Assembly: GCA_964252035.1 (NCBI GenBank)
Contig: OZ176207.1
Strand: one strand, 5' to 3'
Source: Podarcis erhardii
Lineage: Eukaryota
DNA: 64,000 nt
Below, piece after piece: positions 11,101 through 26,227 of the stretch. The notes below the pieces were generated by a model, which ran no database searches, was not told where the DNA came from, and saw only the letters and a program-made list of their open reading frames with translations. Position 1 is the first letter of the stretch; the number at the start of each line of letters is the position of its first letter. The translations under genes and the position numbers were made by a program.

Positions 11101-14100
11101 AAACTAGCATCACTCAGATCACCCTCTATTTTATCAGCCTAAATCACAGTCATTTGTTAGCAGTCCTGCTACAGGATGAAGTTTATGATGGCATGATAGT
11201 TTTCATCTGTGTTGAAAAACACAGTGAGACTTGTGAACTGTATACACTGCTTAAGAAACGAGAGTATTTTAAGGAGCTCCCTTGTTAAACAGGTTGCACA
11301 CAAGACGTTTTGTGTCCAGATCCAGATTAAAATCATTTTGCCAAAGTAAATTATTTTAAGAGCTTATTTTCTACCACTGTTTTGCTTTAAATCATAGACT
11401 ATTATAGACTACCATGCACTGTATGTTTTGTTGTTGACTGAATGATTAAGCAGTGGATGTCCTTTTAGGAAAAAAAAAAAAAGGACGAAAAGTAAAGTCC
11501 CACCCCATCAAGTCATCTCTGAAGAAAATAATAATGAAGGATGGGAAATAGGAGGGGTTTTTTGCCTGGCATTTCACTATTGGAAACTGAACAAGGATAA
11601 ATTGACCAATTATATATGCCAACACTCTTACTATTTATCTCAAACATCAGTATAGATTACAGTGGCATCTTCTCCTTCTAGTATATGTGGAAAATAATCA
11701 AGCTAATGATTCCCTTTTAATAAATTAGAGTAGCTTTTGCCTTTAATGTTAAACAGCACATCCAGCATTGTAATGAATTACCCAGCAATTTGTTGTACTT
11801 GGAGTCCCAAATTTGCAAATTAGAGTCTTTATTCTTGCTAGATATATGTTGCATAGAAGTCTGGGTTTCCTGTATATTTGAATGAAAATTACATGGGCAC
11901 ACTGAAGAGAGCTCTCTCATCTAATATATTTCAAAGTCAATATTCTGCCCCCTGGATGCAAAGAAAGGCAAGATCCCATTGCAGATGTTATACAAATTTA
12001 TGCATGGAGTGGAAATGTTCTAATTCACACTAATGACTGGTAGAACTGTTGCAAATTAGGCCTTGATCTGGGGCTGGCTTAAGTCTTTCCCTATGCACTT
12101 TCGGTCTGCTTTTTCCTGTGCAACAAAAGGGGGCATTAAAGGCTACTGAGTCACTAATGGTGTGCTAGTTACTTGACAAATGTGAGATTTAATAACTAGT
12201 TATAATTTCATACTTAATAGAATAAAGGAAATCTTAGTAGTTTAAAGTATCAGGTATTCTTCTTCTTCTTTTTTCTTTTTAAAAACCCACACATTGCACT
12301 CTGTTAAGAAGAGTATATGAAAAGGAGGATCCAATAGCAAGCCTTGGAGGGCATCATCCATCTAGGGCCTGAGGGGCCTTCTCCAAGAAGCTGCCACCTG
12401 CTTTTCAGTGTTTTAACTCATGGGAAAGCTTCATGAAGATCCTGATAAGGCAGCTCTGAGCATTATTTGGAATTATTTGGAAATACTCTGAGCAAGTATT
12501 TGGAATTGCTTCTTCTGGGAAAGGAGGCAAGCTTGGAGGAAGATGTGGAATGCCTTGCCAACAGTTCAGTAAAACCCACTATATATGCATACTGGTGAAA
12601 GCCAGCCTTGTAGTTAATGCCACATTTTTTATATACATGGAAGGGAATAATTGAAAGAAATAATCAACAACACGCAATAAAAGCAAGAGGCTGCGCCACA
12701 AGCAATTGGGGGTTATATTTGCAGTTAAGTCCCCCCCCTACACACTTAATTTTAATTAGAGATAGCTTCCCCTTCAGCCACACAGCATGGAATAATAATT
12801 ATTTCTTTAGCAAAATGTCACTAAGGCCATCCATAATTACTCATGATGCACTAAATGGAAAATGGCAAAAATGCTTTGAAAAGTAACAAGAATCTGGAGT
12901 TTATACATGGATATGATGAGAATCAAATTGTACTGTTCTAATATGTACCTACGTCTTTCCTTCCTTTAGCATAGGTAAATAGCATTGAGAGCATGCAGCC
13001 CAGAACCATGAAGAATATCTTTCTAGATAGCTTATCTGCTTTATACATGCTTGTATTATCCACCCTACTTTTGTGCCAAACTATTCTCAGATATTATTTA
13101 GTATAACTTGAAATAACACTGAAGTGCATGAAAACACATTTAGCACCTTCAAGCTGAAGTGTCTGAGATAAACTACAGGCTTTTTTTGGCTGGCTATTTG
13201 TGCTTTAATTCTGATGCAGGTGGTAGAACTGATTGTGATAACATATTTGTTGACAAATGTGCATAAGAGCAGGGTGGAGTGAATTCAGAAGTGTAGAAGA
13301 GTCTCTCTCTCTCTCTCTCTCTAAAGCACACTGGAGAAAAGCAAGCAACAGGTTTCTTTATTTCAACTGCAGCTATTAAACAGAAAGTTTGCTTTGCGGC
13401 AGAAGAGCAGAATGATTAAGGGTCAAATTGCTTTTTATTGTTCCCCAAATATGCCACTTGTGTGTACAGTTTCGTTTTTAGCTTTTTTAAAACTTTGCAG
13501 TCTTTGGGTTTAAAAAGCTATGACAGGCAGTGCTAGCCGGAATGATAAAAAGCTCAGAGTTACTAGCTCCATCTGTTACCCAGGAAGATGTAATGCTAAA
13601 GACGGCATGAACATGCCAGCTTGACAGACATAATTCAGAATGGTAAATCCTGCAGTTCTTCTCAAGCAGTTAGGAGGCTCATGGCACTGTTCTTTATGAG
13701 CCAGGCAGAATCAGGATCATCCGGATTACACCTGAAGCCACGCTGAAATGTAACTGTTTCCTTTGGTGGTACGGATGCATGGGAGAGCTGATCATTAAAT
13801 GAATCCATCCAGAACGCAGTGTTCACTGGTCACATAGGTTATAAAGATTGATCTGTCAGATATTGCAGAGTTGGGAGGCTGATTTGGTTCAAAGAAGAAT
13901 ATACCACATTGGTCCTTGTGAGTGAAATTTATCACGTATTCTTCCGCTCCATAATAAATCCAAGGGCAGAGTTTCAACTTAAAATGCATTATATTAAAGT
14001 TGTGATTTGAAGGCAAGCTGGAAATATAAATAATCAGACCCTTGTGCAAATAGATCAGAGTTCAAGTGCCTTGCAATTTCTTGAGTTTATGAAGGGGAGG

Positions 14101-14298
14101 ATTGAAAGAGTGGGAGCTGATAAGGAGTCCTCCCTCTGCTTTCTGTGGAAAGTGGCCAAATGCTATTCTATCCACCCAAGAAAATCTTACTCTTAAAAAA
14201 AGGTCGTTCAGATGATTAGGAAGATGTCTGTTCATTCCAGGAAGTTTGGGACTGGATCATTACAATTCTAGTGTTCTCTCCCTCCCTCCCCCCCCCCC

Positions 14299-14300
<2 letters not shown>

Positions 14301-14388
<88 letters not shown>

Positions 14389-14389
14389 T
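14301..14389. repeat. Compound (GT)n(GA)n microsatellite
   Basis: Direct reading. Confidence 0.95.
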
Positions 14390-14529
14390 ATGACTAGAAG
14401 TTCTACTTAATTGAGCTGAAGGGATTATTTCTGCATCCAACATACCTTGATTTTCTGACAAAATCATTAGGAAATATAATGTTGACTTCTGCCTAAAAAT
14501 GGATCTTCTAACTGGCAGAGGAATGGGGT

Positions 14530-14720
14530 TTCAGTGGGTGCGGTCCACAGCGTATGTCATCCCGGGGGGTGATATCACCGTGCCCCCCAGATTCTAGCCC
14601 CCTGGAATGCTAGCCCCTCCCCCATGGGGAGCTAGCCCCACCCCCACAGACAGCTAGCCCTGCCCCTGGGTGCATAGCATGTGTGCCGCTTCGCGTGCCA
14701 GAGCAGCTAGCTCCGCCTCT
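14530..14720. mobile_element. Short GC-rich MITE-like repeat with internal gctagcccc repeats
   Basis: Shares an end motif with 5600-6064, has several (g)ctagcccc copies, and ends gctagctccgcctctg. Confidence 0.35.
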
Positions 14721-17700
14721 GCTTCTAATGATTCTAGCTTCCTAGAAAGCTTTTCTTTTATCATCACATTCTTATCCCCAGCTTCAGCTCTTGTGGCAGA
14801 AGCTTTTTCTTTTGCTGTGTGACCACTATAGTGACATATGAGGCCAGGAGGTCAAAGCACTCCACCCCCACAGCATCTGGGTTTGCTTGTTTTTGATGTC
14901 CTGCTTCAGCTATTGTTTGCTTGGTGGACAGAGCGGGAGCCAATTCCTAGTGATCAGGAAAGAGGTTGAAGGCTTCTCTTGCCCCACTACAGAGAGGTGA
15001 ATCATGGAAAGTGTATGTGTAGAGGATACCTCTGATGAGCAAGAGGAGTAACTTTCCCCTTAGTTGCATGATCTTAGTTACTTACTTATTTATTTTCTAG
15101 CATCTTTCAGAAATAATGGCCTAGTTCTCACTGAAGTCGCAAATCTGTACCACTGGGGATTCATGGTTTTAAACTTGAATGCTTATCCTTGACTTCTAGG
15201 TTTCTATGTACAGTACAGGGTTTTCTTTTGGGGAGGTGGAGGTGGGGCTAATGGAGGAGCAGTCATGTGCAGTAGAGACACAATTTTATCACATTGGTGA
15301 AAACGAATGCCAATCTCATTCCTCATTTATTGTTTTCAGTGTCCTGGAAAGCAACTCCCTTCATATTCTGAATTGGAAGTATTGCTCATAGCTCCATCTT
15401 CATAGTTCTATAACTTCCGCCTTGGAAACATCCATCGTTTCATTTTTATCAGAGCAGCTGCTTAAGGTGGAAGCAAAAATGTTTCACTATTATTATTTTT
15501 AGAAGAAACCTTCTTTTGTTAATCGTGTGTTTGTGTGTGTGTGTGTGTAAACAAGGCTTACTACAGAGAATTAATATGAGATGATATAATTTGAAAGGCA
15601 CTCGGTTGAAAATAAATAACTTTTAAGATATTCCAAGGACTTTTAGATTCACCAATGAATTCCCCTAACAGGACTTAAACACTGCGAAATGGCATTTTCT
15701 ATTAATTTAAAAGCTCTACTTGTCAGAAGATAATATACAGAGTTCTAAAACAGGAGGAAATCATGTAGCTCATTTTCCAGCACAGGCATAAACTGCTTTG
15801 ATTCCCTTATGCTGAATGCCGTGATGTGAGATTTGGAGAGAGAACCACTCTTGGCCCAGTCTTATGAGTCATTGTCAGTTGTGCAACATGGTAGCACAGC
15901 AGCATCAGCATATCACACAGGGCAGTAATGAAGTGCAGTGTTACCATGTTCCCAACCAACACCATTTATAAATGGTTCTGTTGTGCACAACCAAAATGGT
16001 TGGCAGCTGACTGGTGTGGGTTTGGAGCTGGGGACAATTCATCAGAGGGGTTGGCCATTGAGAGAAAAGGCAAATTGTATCATTTTCTTAGGGATGCATC
16101 ACTTTAGAAAGCATATAGAGGGACAAATCAAAAACTCTCTACTCCTGGAAAGAGAGCATGTCAAGGACAGACTAAACTGAAGGTGAATTAAGTGAATGGC
16201 ATTATGTGCTTGGTTTTTCTTCAGTACATAGCAGCAGCAGAGGGCCCAAAACTGGACTGGGATCACAACATGGGTTGGAGTGAGCTTTAACTCTTGGACT
16301 CCATTTGCACAACCTCACCTCTCTGCACTTACCTGTATGAATTTTGTGGCTCCAATCCCTCAGAATAGGACCGCATCTAACCTATAGGTTGGAGTTTGCT
16401 CAATCTTGATGCTCTTGTTAGAACCTTACACACTGTTCTAGCCTAATGTGACTCTGTCTTACCTGACGATACATTGCTGGTAAGTGCCTTTGCCACAGAC
16501 TACTTTCTCCCCTTCCTTCCCCTTGAGCCTCAAATTAGTTATACATATGAACCCGCCTCTTCATTGAAATGGCACTTCAGCTTCAGCCACTAGCTCTGTA
16601 GCTGCAAACACTGTTAACTCCTCATGCAAGAAAACGTTGTTCAGCCTATGAAGACATGTGTTGTGCCTGGTATAAGAATTCAATGGAGCACTTCAGTCTC
16701 TAGGGCTGTTGAGCTGGCATCATTCATGATTGTAAAACCCACTCAAACAAATACAAGGATTATTTGATGGTGTGGACATATGGGACACAGCCATCCTGGG
16801 CCTCTAAATGATTGCCATAAATGCCAGAGAATTGTCAATACACTAAAGAGAAAACTAATGAGGTTTTGTGAAGAGAACTAGGCACTCAACAGGGATTCGC
16901 TGTCTTCACATGCATCAAAATGAAACGCAATGTGGTAGAAGGTAAAAATGGTATTATCGTGATTTTCTCCCCTTCATCTTCATCACAAAAGGAAGTGAGT
17001 TGCCTGAAGGAAAAATAAAGATAACAGAATTACAGTGGAGGCTCTATGGAAAGGTAATTTTTAGCTGTGAAAATTGCTTTTCATTTCCTCAACAAAATAA
17101 AAATAAGACTCTTTGAAGAAACAAGACTATAGATCATCTGCTTTTAATAAACACTCTGGCCTCTTTGCATGTGGTGCTTGTATTGCCCCTTATGCTGTCT
17201 CTGCCAGCTCCCTGTGAACTTGCTAATGCACCCGACCCAGTTTGCAAAGCTGTCAATGACAGAGCATGTGACAAGTTTGCACTGCACATACAAGGCAGCT
17301 CAAGTCTCCTGGATGGAGCTGTAATTTTGTGGCTGTGCTGGGGATGGATAACAAGTTTTCAGATCCTGCACAAAACCACATCTCTCAGGTGTCCTTCCAG
17401 GAGAAAAACAGAGGTAGTTGAAAGATTTACTTTTACTGTAGAGATACCCATGGCATCCAACCAAACTTTCTAATGAAAAAAAAATGTATTTTTGTATTGA
17501 ACAAGATGAGAATTTTTCTAAGGCTCCGTATTTATTTTAGACTAAAATTTCAGACATAGGCATGTGGCAGAAGTAATGTAAGAGGGAGTTACTATCTGCA
17601 TGAGTGTGAGACCTTTGGTGTAACTCATGAGAGTCTGGTAGCAGGTGAAAAAGGAGCCACTACAGCCACAGGAATTGCAACTGGGAAGCATCATGGTAAC

Positions 17701-20321
17701 ACTGGCTCATATGTTTTGTTCTACACGAGGCTGCAGTTTCAGGCTGACTTCAAGTGATAATAATTGGACTTGGGAGAACTGCTCTTCTAGGATAAGATGC
17801 CATTAGATTTTCAGATTTAATTTGATTAAAAATAGGAACCTGGGAGCTCAGAATATTAATGTGTAGCTGCTATGTTAAGTTATATGAAATTTATGTTAAG
17901 CGTAAATTTCACAACTGCTTTTCTTGCGTGACCAACGTGTGAATAAACACACAGGTTTCTCTTAGATCCCTTGCCTTTGTGTACTGACTAGTACTTTTGC
18001 CTTTGTGTATTGACTTGAGAGAATGACCTTTGCAAACACTGGCATGGAATATAAATGGATGCTGACTTTGAAAGCATTTTACAAAGTTAACTTGCTCTGA
18101 GAGAATAGGCTGCTAGGAAATTAACAGTTCTGCCAGATGGTTTGTACCTGCAAGCTCTGCAATAATTACAAGAACATCATCATATTCCTGGTCTTTCATC
18201 ACCTTGAATATTTTTATTACACTTGTGAAGACATCTTTAAACATTTCAAATCAAAGTGGGGTACTTTCATTTGGGTGAGAAATGTCAATCAGGAAGATGC
18301 AAATGAAAGAATAGTTTTGTATTAATTAGAAGTTCTCGTTTTCTATCTAGCTAAGTCCACGGTGGTTACACTGGAACACTGCTGATCCAAGTCAAATAGA
18401 GCGTGGATATACCTAATAGCTCTTTTTATATCTAGACCAGTGGGACCTTGCAACAAAATGTTGCAGTTTGGAGTGCTGCTGTGCTGGTTCAAAGCCACCT
18501 TGTTCTGCCCCCCCTCCCATTAGGGTTCCTCATATGAAATGTATTTCTTTGGGGTTCTCCCAAGCCTGCTGATAACTCCCTCTTGTCAGTAGTTACTGGC
18601 GTGGCAGAGCAGAGCCACACAGTTGCCTTCCCAACACCATCTTTGTTGCAGCTCACAGGGATTATGCTGGAGTGGGCCAGAGCAGGAGCAGCAGATGCAC
18701 CAACAGGAGATACTACTGCCTCTTGTGCATGGATGGTGCCATTTCAGCTACATAAGCCCTGCTCTCAGTCCAAACTCTGGAAATAGACTGATGTGAATGC
18801 CTGTGTTAGATTCTAGAGCTAGACCACAGTCCTATAGGTTCAAAGACACTCCTGTCCAATCCTGCAAGATTCAGAACATCACGCTCATTCTATTTCCCTA
18901 TACAGAGATAAATCACACTGTGCAGTATATATTTACTATGGGTTTCCTGTCACTTCAGAGGTCGCTACAGAATTAGGACCAATGACCAAATTCCAGTAAC
19001 TTATACATTCCTTTTACTCTGATTGAATCAAGCTAACAGAATACATTCATGAATCAAAGGAAAGCCCACCTCATGGCCACTTGCTTTGCAGATATTCCTA
19101 CTATGCATAGGCTGTAGAAAAGTGTTTGGTGGGGCATCAGAGAGGTGAACAGCACTGAACTGCAGCAGTCAGTGTCAACCCTGGGTTTTGAAGCTCTCCA
19201 GAGGGATCACACTTTCTCACAAAACTTTCCGTCTTTGTATACTCTGCATCTCACAAATAGTGGCTGTATCGTCTATACCCTGCTGGAGATGAGGGTGGTT
19301 TGTTTTTCTCAGCGTATACCCCCCACCCCTCAAAAATAAAATGAAAATAAGGACTCTGGACGTTTAGCCTTTAAATACACACTGCAGAGTTCCCTCATGA
19401 CAATGGGCATATTCTGTAATGTGTGAATAGCAATGTGAGTGTTTTTATCACTGCCAGCACACACATCAAGGTGATGAACAGCAGCTGGCCAACCATGTGT
19501 CAATGTCAAAAGAAACCCTTTTGCTGTCATTCATATATTGCACTGTTCATTTACATTCATAAACACAGATTTTCTTGGTGTTAATAGGTGTGCCATCACA
19601 ATTTCAGCAGACAGATAACATTCCTATCAAATCAATGTAAAAAGCTTTGATATTTTGCAAGTAGAATGAATTTTTATCAATGCTGTGCTAAAAGTCTGTC
19701 CTCCAGTTTCTCAAAAGTTTCCTTTCCCTGCAAAAGAGTCTTCCATTTTTCTGTCCATTCTTAGCACTTCTAAATTTCTTTAAACTGGGACAGCACTTCA
19801 TATAAACTTAGGGGACGCACTGCAGGAAGCAAGATGTCTAGGAGAACCATGCTACGCCACAGCATAATGCAGAGATGCTTCTGCACAAGTCTGTACAGCA
19901 CTCAGAGATTTTTATGCTTTAAAGGCTAACTTTATCAAATTTTAAAATCTTTACCTTTAACTGGATGAACTAAAACCTGCCTCACATTTCAACAATCTCT
20001 TTGTGTCTATATTTTTAGGTATGAACAGTGGTTCTAATCACTATCCTTCTGAACTTTGCTTCTTGGGATTTTTGTTAGAGTTGTTCAGTGGTCTGGACCT
20101 TGTATAGAAGTGAATTATCTCCACCACAAGAATGAGTTCCAAAGCTTCCCTGCAGAAGTCTTAAATACTAGTTACAATAAGATAAATGTTACAAAATAAC
20201 CAAGTAGTACATTGCAAAGAACAAATAGGGTGCAGTCCTTTATGCGGTTCAGTAAACTTTCCAATCTCTGGTCTCAGAGGGTGATCCTAAGCTTGTTCAT
20301 CATTGCAGAACCTCCCTGCAA

Positions 20322-20366
20322 CTGCTGCTGCTGCTGCTGCTGCTACTACTACTACTACTACTACTA
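20322..20366. repeat. Compound (CTG)n(CTA)n microsatellite
   Basis: Direct reading. Confidence 0.9.
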
Positions 20367-21109
20367 ACCATTGCTGACAAGCACACATTGCCTTCTCAGC
20401 TTCTGCAGTGAGAACTTTGCAGCTGGTGTTTCCAGCAATGAGTCATCAGGTAGTTTAGCTCATTGTAATGGAAAAATACCAGCCGTCTCTGATGCTTCTG
20501 CCAGAGTGGAACCTCTTGCTTAAGGTAAACTTCCCTTTACAACATTTTAATTACAATGCATTCAAACAAAGCATTTTATGCACATTAAACTTATAAGTTT
20601 AATAATCATTGCCACTAATTGCTACTAACTACTATGTTTATTGAAACTGCATTTTTGAGAAGGGCAACAAACCAGATAAGGTTATGGAATTTTTAAAAAT
20701 GTGATTAAGATTTACATAATTCCAAAATACACCTTTAATAAATTTAGAGAATGTTACGAGAAACTTTATTTCTCAGAATGCCATTATGAACAGGGAGTTC
20801 AGGGTTGTTCTTGTTTTCTTTTAGAAATATTAAACTGCCATGTCTAACAGAAAAGGATACTGAAAATCTACAAAGCTGCTTACAATTACTGAGCTCTGTA
20901 CAGTGCATTGCAGAACTTTTAAAAAATGTGGTAGAAACAGATGGCTTCATGGCAGAATACTATAAAATGTTCTTAATGAATTAGCATATCCCCTTCTGGC
21001 TGCAATAAATGAAGTTATGGAAAAACATACTTAAAAAAAAAGTGTGGAGAAAGCCAAATTGATTAATACTGAAGTAAAACAAAAACATTTCCAAAGTAGA
21101 GTCCTATTG

Positions 21110-22480
21110 AGCTTTGCTCTTTTATATCAGGGTTTTAAACGTGGACCGCTATTGTGGCAAAAAGGCAACATAATTGTTTGGCGATTCATTGCAGATGACC
21201 AGAAAGTTATTTAAAATTGTAAAGTAACACTGGACATAAAAACATAATACATATGATAACTAAACCTAGACGCACTTCTGTTCTTAGATGCTGAGAATGC
21301 TTTTGATAATTTAGAATGGAGATATTTAAACCACATTTCATTGGTCTAGCAGGATAATTTTCTATGTGGGTTCAGTTAATGCATCTATTTATGTCTTAGT
21401 AAATGGTGCAAGGATGTCCCCTATCCCAACTATTATTTACTTTACCTATGAGCTTCTTACTGAATCAGTAAGAATCAGAAAGGCGATAAGTGGTCTTAAG
21501 ATAGGGTTGAAAAGTTCAAAATGAAGGCAGAAGACATATTATTTGTACACAATCTGGTAAATGGTTTTGAGCAAATTCTAAAAAACAAAAATCAGAGAAA
21601 CGGGAAAAACTTCATCACAACTGATAAAAACATGGAGTTATAGTTTCTCCAAGTATAATAACTTTGTATAACTTTGATGCAGTTATGCCAATACATTTAG
21701 TAGCATGGTTTCATGTACCTGAAAGCCTGAAATCAAGAAAACTTAAAAAGACACTTCAACAGTAAATTCAATAGGGAACTGATCAAAACAAACCTATCCC
21801 TTATTGGAAAACAAAGAAAGGAAAATTAAGACTAGGATTGTCACTGTAAACAACTTCACATTGCAATGAGGAATTATAGTGTGACACCTTGTTAGGTATT
21901 TTGCAATTATGGAATGATAATGGGCGGACAGGTCTTGAGAAATCTATTTAAGTATGGAATGTTTAAATCTTATGGAGTAATAAATAATGAAATAGGACCC
22001 CATTACCCATGTTTGTTTTAGTATTTACAAATAGTACATCTAGTAATTATTTACCAAGGAAACAAAGTCCTCTTAAAGAGATTAGAGTTTGAAATTTTAT
22101 TTTAACAAGCCAAAAACAAATTAAGCAAAATATACAATATAATTATGAATACTGAAACATTCAGAAATTCATATCAACACAGATGGAAAATTGATTTAGG
22201 ATTAGCTATTTCATTAGCTATCAGTAATTGTATGGTAATATGTTCAGCAACAAACTATAAGTACAAATTGTAAGGAGCTTTTATGAATGTATGTTCTATT
22301 TCTATTTGACACATGCAAGGCTTCAAGTCAATCCAGTAATTTATTTATTTAAAAATAAGTCTATTGTAATATATTGGTGTAACAGGATACAAGAAAATAC
22401 CCAGCATTATATTAACTAGGGTGCATATTAATTGTTTATGAATACGTTGTGGATATTTTACAGATATTGATTGATATTGT
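21110..22480 (+). mobile_element. Old, heavily degraded L1-clade LINE (ORF2 RT remnants)
   Basis: 21284-21319 translates LDAENAFDNLEW (L1 LDAEKAFDxVEW motif) and ~21408-21437 translates QGCPLSQLLF (RT motif QGCPLSPLLF). The flanking sequence is AT-rich and fragmented; boundaries are approximate. Confidence 0.6.
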
Positions 22481-22769
22481 ATAACCTACTATGATTTACT
22501 ATATTGTTATTGCCACTCTATGCTGTTAAAGTCAGAAAATAAAGACTGCAGTAACTTTTCCGTAGAACCAATAGAAACTGCTTTCATGGGAGGAAAATTT
22601 GTTGCCTATTTTGTATAGTGTTCTTCATGTCAGCATAATTCCTTCTGAAATATTTATTATCACAGGTCTATTCAAAATTGCAAATGCAAATGGAGTTAAA
22701 CTTAACTCCTGACCACTTAGAGTTGCTAAGAATCACAAGGAGGATAGAGTACAGTTGCACTCATAATGC

Positions 22770-22858
22770 TGTGAGCTTCCTGTAGGCATCTCGTTGGTCA
22801 CTGTGAGAACAGGATGCTGGACTAGATGAGCCTTTCAACTTGGTCTGATCATGTTTTT
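22770..22858 (+). mobile_element. CR1-type 3' tail fragment
   Basis: gagcttcctgtaggcatctcgttggtcactgtgagaacaggatgctggactagatg; same family as 28020-28187. Confidence 0.5.
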
Positions 22859-25487
22859 CTGGATCCATGAGTATCATGTTCTTATGGTAACATGGTGTGA
22901 AGGCACATGGTGAAGTAACAGTATTGGTTCTGGACAGGGCCTGGGACCCCTTTGTACACTACTTTGAGTTCCAATATGGAATATATATAGAATATGGCAG
23001 GCTCTGGCACCAACTTGTTACAAGTAGAATTGATGTAATAGATTTTGTTTTCTAGTAACTGCACCCACTCACTCTACATCAGGTCACTGTATCCCGGTTG
23101 CCAACTACTGAAATAATTATAGAGTTTTGGTTTTTTAGATATTAATAAATTAAACCAGAAGGATTTATGTGTGTTAAGGAAATTTCAGTTAATTTAAGTG
23201 AAATGATCATAAAACTGTCACGCTGCTGATCTTAAAATATATAATGCTGTAAGACTAATTTATTGCATGAGCAGGGGCATATTGAAAGCAATGTGAAGAA
23301 ATGAAAATCAGAATAACAGAGACAAGAATTAATATATCCACATGAGAGCTAAATGGGGTATTGAATTATGTAGGATGCCTGTATATCATGAGATCCACCA
23401 AGCCAAGCACAAGCCAACAACATTACAGTTCTATGCTTCTAAAGTGTGTTCTCATTTTCAGCTGAGAGAGGATCTAGAGATGGTATTTCTGTCTACAGGC
23501 TTTCCACAAATAATACCTGTAAACACAACTTACAAGTGCCTTCTTTAGATTAGTAATGAAACTAGTAATGAAGCCCCTAAAATCTTCCAGGCACAAGCTG
23601 TGACAGTGAGCAGAATGGTACTTTTTGCCACTCATAGCCATAGTACAAAGGTGCTGAGAGTGAAAAGAATAGACTGGTTGGGCTTGCTTTACAAATTATT
23701 GGCATAAGTAGACACTAGAAACATTATCTGCATCTCAAGAGCATTGAAGATTTTCAATCAAATGGTTCTGCTCATTAAGGATGGGGGGTTAATTCAATTC
23801 AGTTTGCATTTCAATAGGAACCTACATAATTCACACTTTCTGATACAAAATGAAAACCAAAACACAGCCATCCTTCACAATGTGCACTTCTGTGAATTTT
23901 GCAATTGAGTTCTTCAGCCAAGTACTGTGCACAAAATTGCATATACCAGGGTGAAGTGTGAATATAAAAGCACGTATAAGTGAAAATAACATACAAAATG
24001 CATTATATTATGGAAAATGGCTTTGCAAAAATTGCTTTGCAAAATATTTCTGTGCAAGTGTCTCATCTTGGTAAATCTCCATGGATGTGACCTTCCTCTT
24101 GTAAGCACTTAAAGCTGCTTACAATAATCAGACAGATTCCTTGAATATTTTAATCAATAATGCCATTTTTCTAGCAATAGGGTATATAATCTTTCCCATG
24201 CCTGTTGAGCATACCGCTACTATATGTGTGATGCTTTTTTTTTTAATCCACCAAACTGGTAATTAAGATCTCTAACAATCTCTTTGAAAAGGTCACTCTG
24301 AAGTGCCACAAGTGGACCACTGTGCACAATCTAGCACCATTTTAACAGATGTAAAATGTTTGACGCAACCTTCTTCTACATGAAGTTATTTATGCATCCA
24401 GTGGTAATCATCTTGAGACATTAGCTCAAAGAAACTACTCTTTAGGAGGTGGTGGAGAGACACCATGATTTGCCTATCTTTCCTGCAGACTGCTTTGAAC
24501 AGAGAACAATGAAATGCAAAACAGAAGCAAATGCTTTATAGAGCTCAACACGGTGCCTCTGATACAGATAGCAAAGGTGGAATGACATACTATGTAAGGA
24601 AAGAAGTGGAGGGAAGGAAATTAGGGGAGAGATTTTAAAGCAGTGAAGTTCAAGGTAATTCATCTATAGCATAAAGCAGGAAGTGGAGAGTAGTTATATG
24701 AACTAGCACTATTTAGAGAAGGTAACAAACCATTCCTCTCTGTGCGAAGGAAGTAAGAATGTAAGTGATGTAAAAACTGTTCATTGTCACTGAAATATGT
24801 AGGATAAGCAAGCCTTATATATTTGTGTGTTTTCTCAACCCTTCTCAGAGCACCTGGATTCATAATCTGTTAACTTTTTTGGCAGCCCAATGCTTCTACA
24901 AGTTTATTCAAAAGTAAGTCCTAATATATTCTGTGGTGCTTGCTCCCAGGTATGGGTGCACAGAATTGGAGCCTCAGTTACTCTATAACAGCGAATACTG
25001 CAAAAAAACAAACAAACAAACTAATTGTAGTCATTGTGTGGCCTGTAGCTGAACTTAATACAAGCATTTCTGTTCATCACATCATTTTTTGAAGCTTGGA
25101 AAATTATAGTTTCATTAAAGTTAAGCTATTTCTTTAAAATATGCACACTTCCATGCTCTGTTGCATATTCAAGGTTTTTACATCTTTTCAGAGTAGGACT
25201 TGTTAGAAACAGGTTTTCTTTTCTCCTTTTCAAAGAATTGTTGCAATTGAACAAATTAAGCTTTAGCCAGCTCCTCAAAATGATGCCCTAATTTAGAAGG
25301 CTCAGGCTTTGATTTAAATTTATATCTGCCACTTCAAGGGTGTTTTGCTGTGACTCTAAGAGGCTTACATTTCAACACCACTGCACTGAAATCAAGTCAC
25401 CTAGTCACCTAAAACTAGTCCAGTTTTGCTAAGATAAAAGACGTCATGCTTGTCCTTATATCTGTTCTCTTGATATTCCTATCTTAA

Positions 25488-26227
25488 GCACTGCCTGAGC
25501 TCTGCGAGTGCGGCTTTCTCCCGAATGAAGTGTTGGATCGGGACATTTGCAGGGAAACAAAAATGCTTGTTTACAAAGCTATTGTACTACCAACTTTACT
25601 ATATGCTTGTGAAACATGGACCGCTTATAAACGCCATCTCCAACGGCTTGAAAGATTCCATCAATGGTCTCTCCGAAATTTTTTACACATCACTTGGGAA
25701 GACGTGCAAACTAATATCAGTGTACTGGAAGAAGCAAAGATCACCAGTGTTGAAGGAATGATTCTTCAACAGCAACTTCATTGGACTGGTCATGTTGTGT
25801 GGATGCCTGATGATCGTCTTCCAAAGTAACTACTCTATTCTGAACTTAAAAATGGAAAGCATAATGCTGGTGGTCAACAAAAGAGGTTTAAAGACTGTCT
25901 CAAGGCAAATCTAATTTTTTTTGTATAAACACTGACAACTGGGAAACACTGGCCTGCAAGTGCTCCAGTTGGAGAACAGCCTTTACTAAAGGTGTCATGG
26001 GCTTTGAAGACACTCAAACTCAGGATGCAAGGGAGAAAGGTGCTAAGAGGAAAGCACACTTGGCAAATCCACACCGAGATCAACTCCCACCTGGAAACCA
26101 ATGTCCCCACTGTGGAAGGATGTGTGGATCCAGAATTGGCCTTCACAGTCACTTAAAGACTCATTGTTAAAACCGTGTTTATGGAAGACAATCTTACTCG
26201 GATACAAGTGATCGCCAAAGAAGAAGA
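25488..26227 (+). mobile_element. RTE-clade LINE, 5'-truncated 3' end
   Basis: Translates TKMLVYKAIVLPTLLYACETW...QLHWTGHVVWMPDDRLPK and a C-terminal zinc finger CPHCGRMCGSRIGLHSHLKTH. It ends in a short (GAA)n tail. Confidence 0.85.

Noticed and set aside
17971-18015. Short direct repeats (also ~3345-3375 and ~37575-37612)
   Set aside because: Two-copy local duplications typical of replication slippage; not CRISPR-like and no spacer array.
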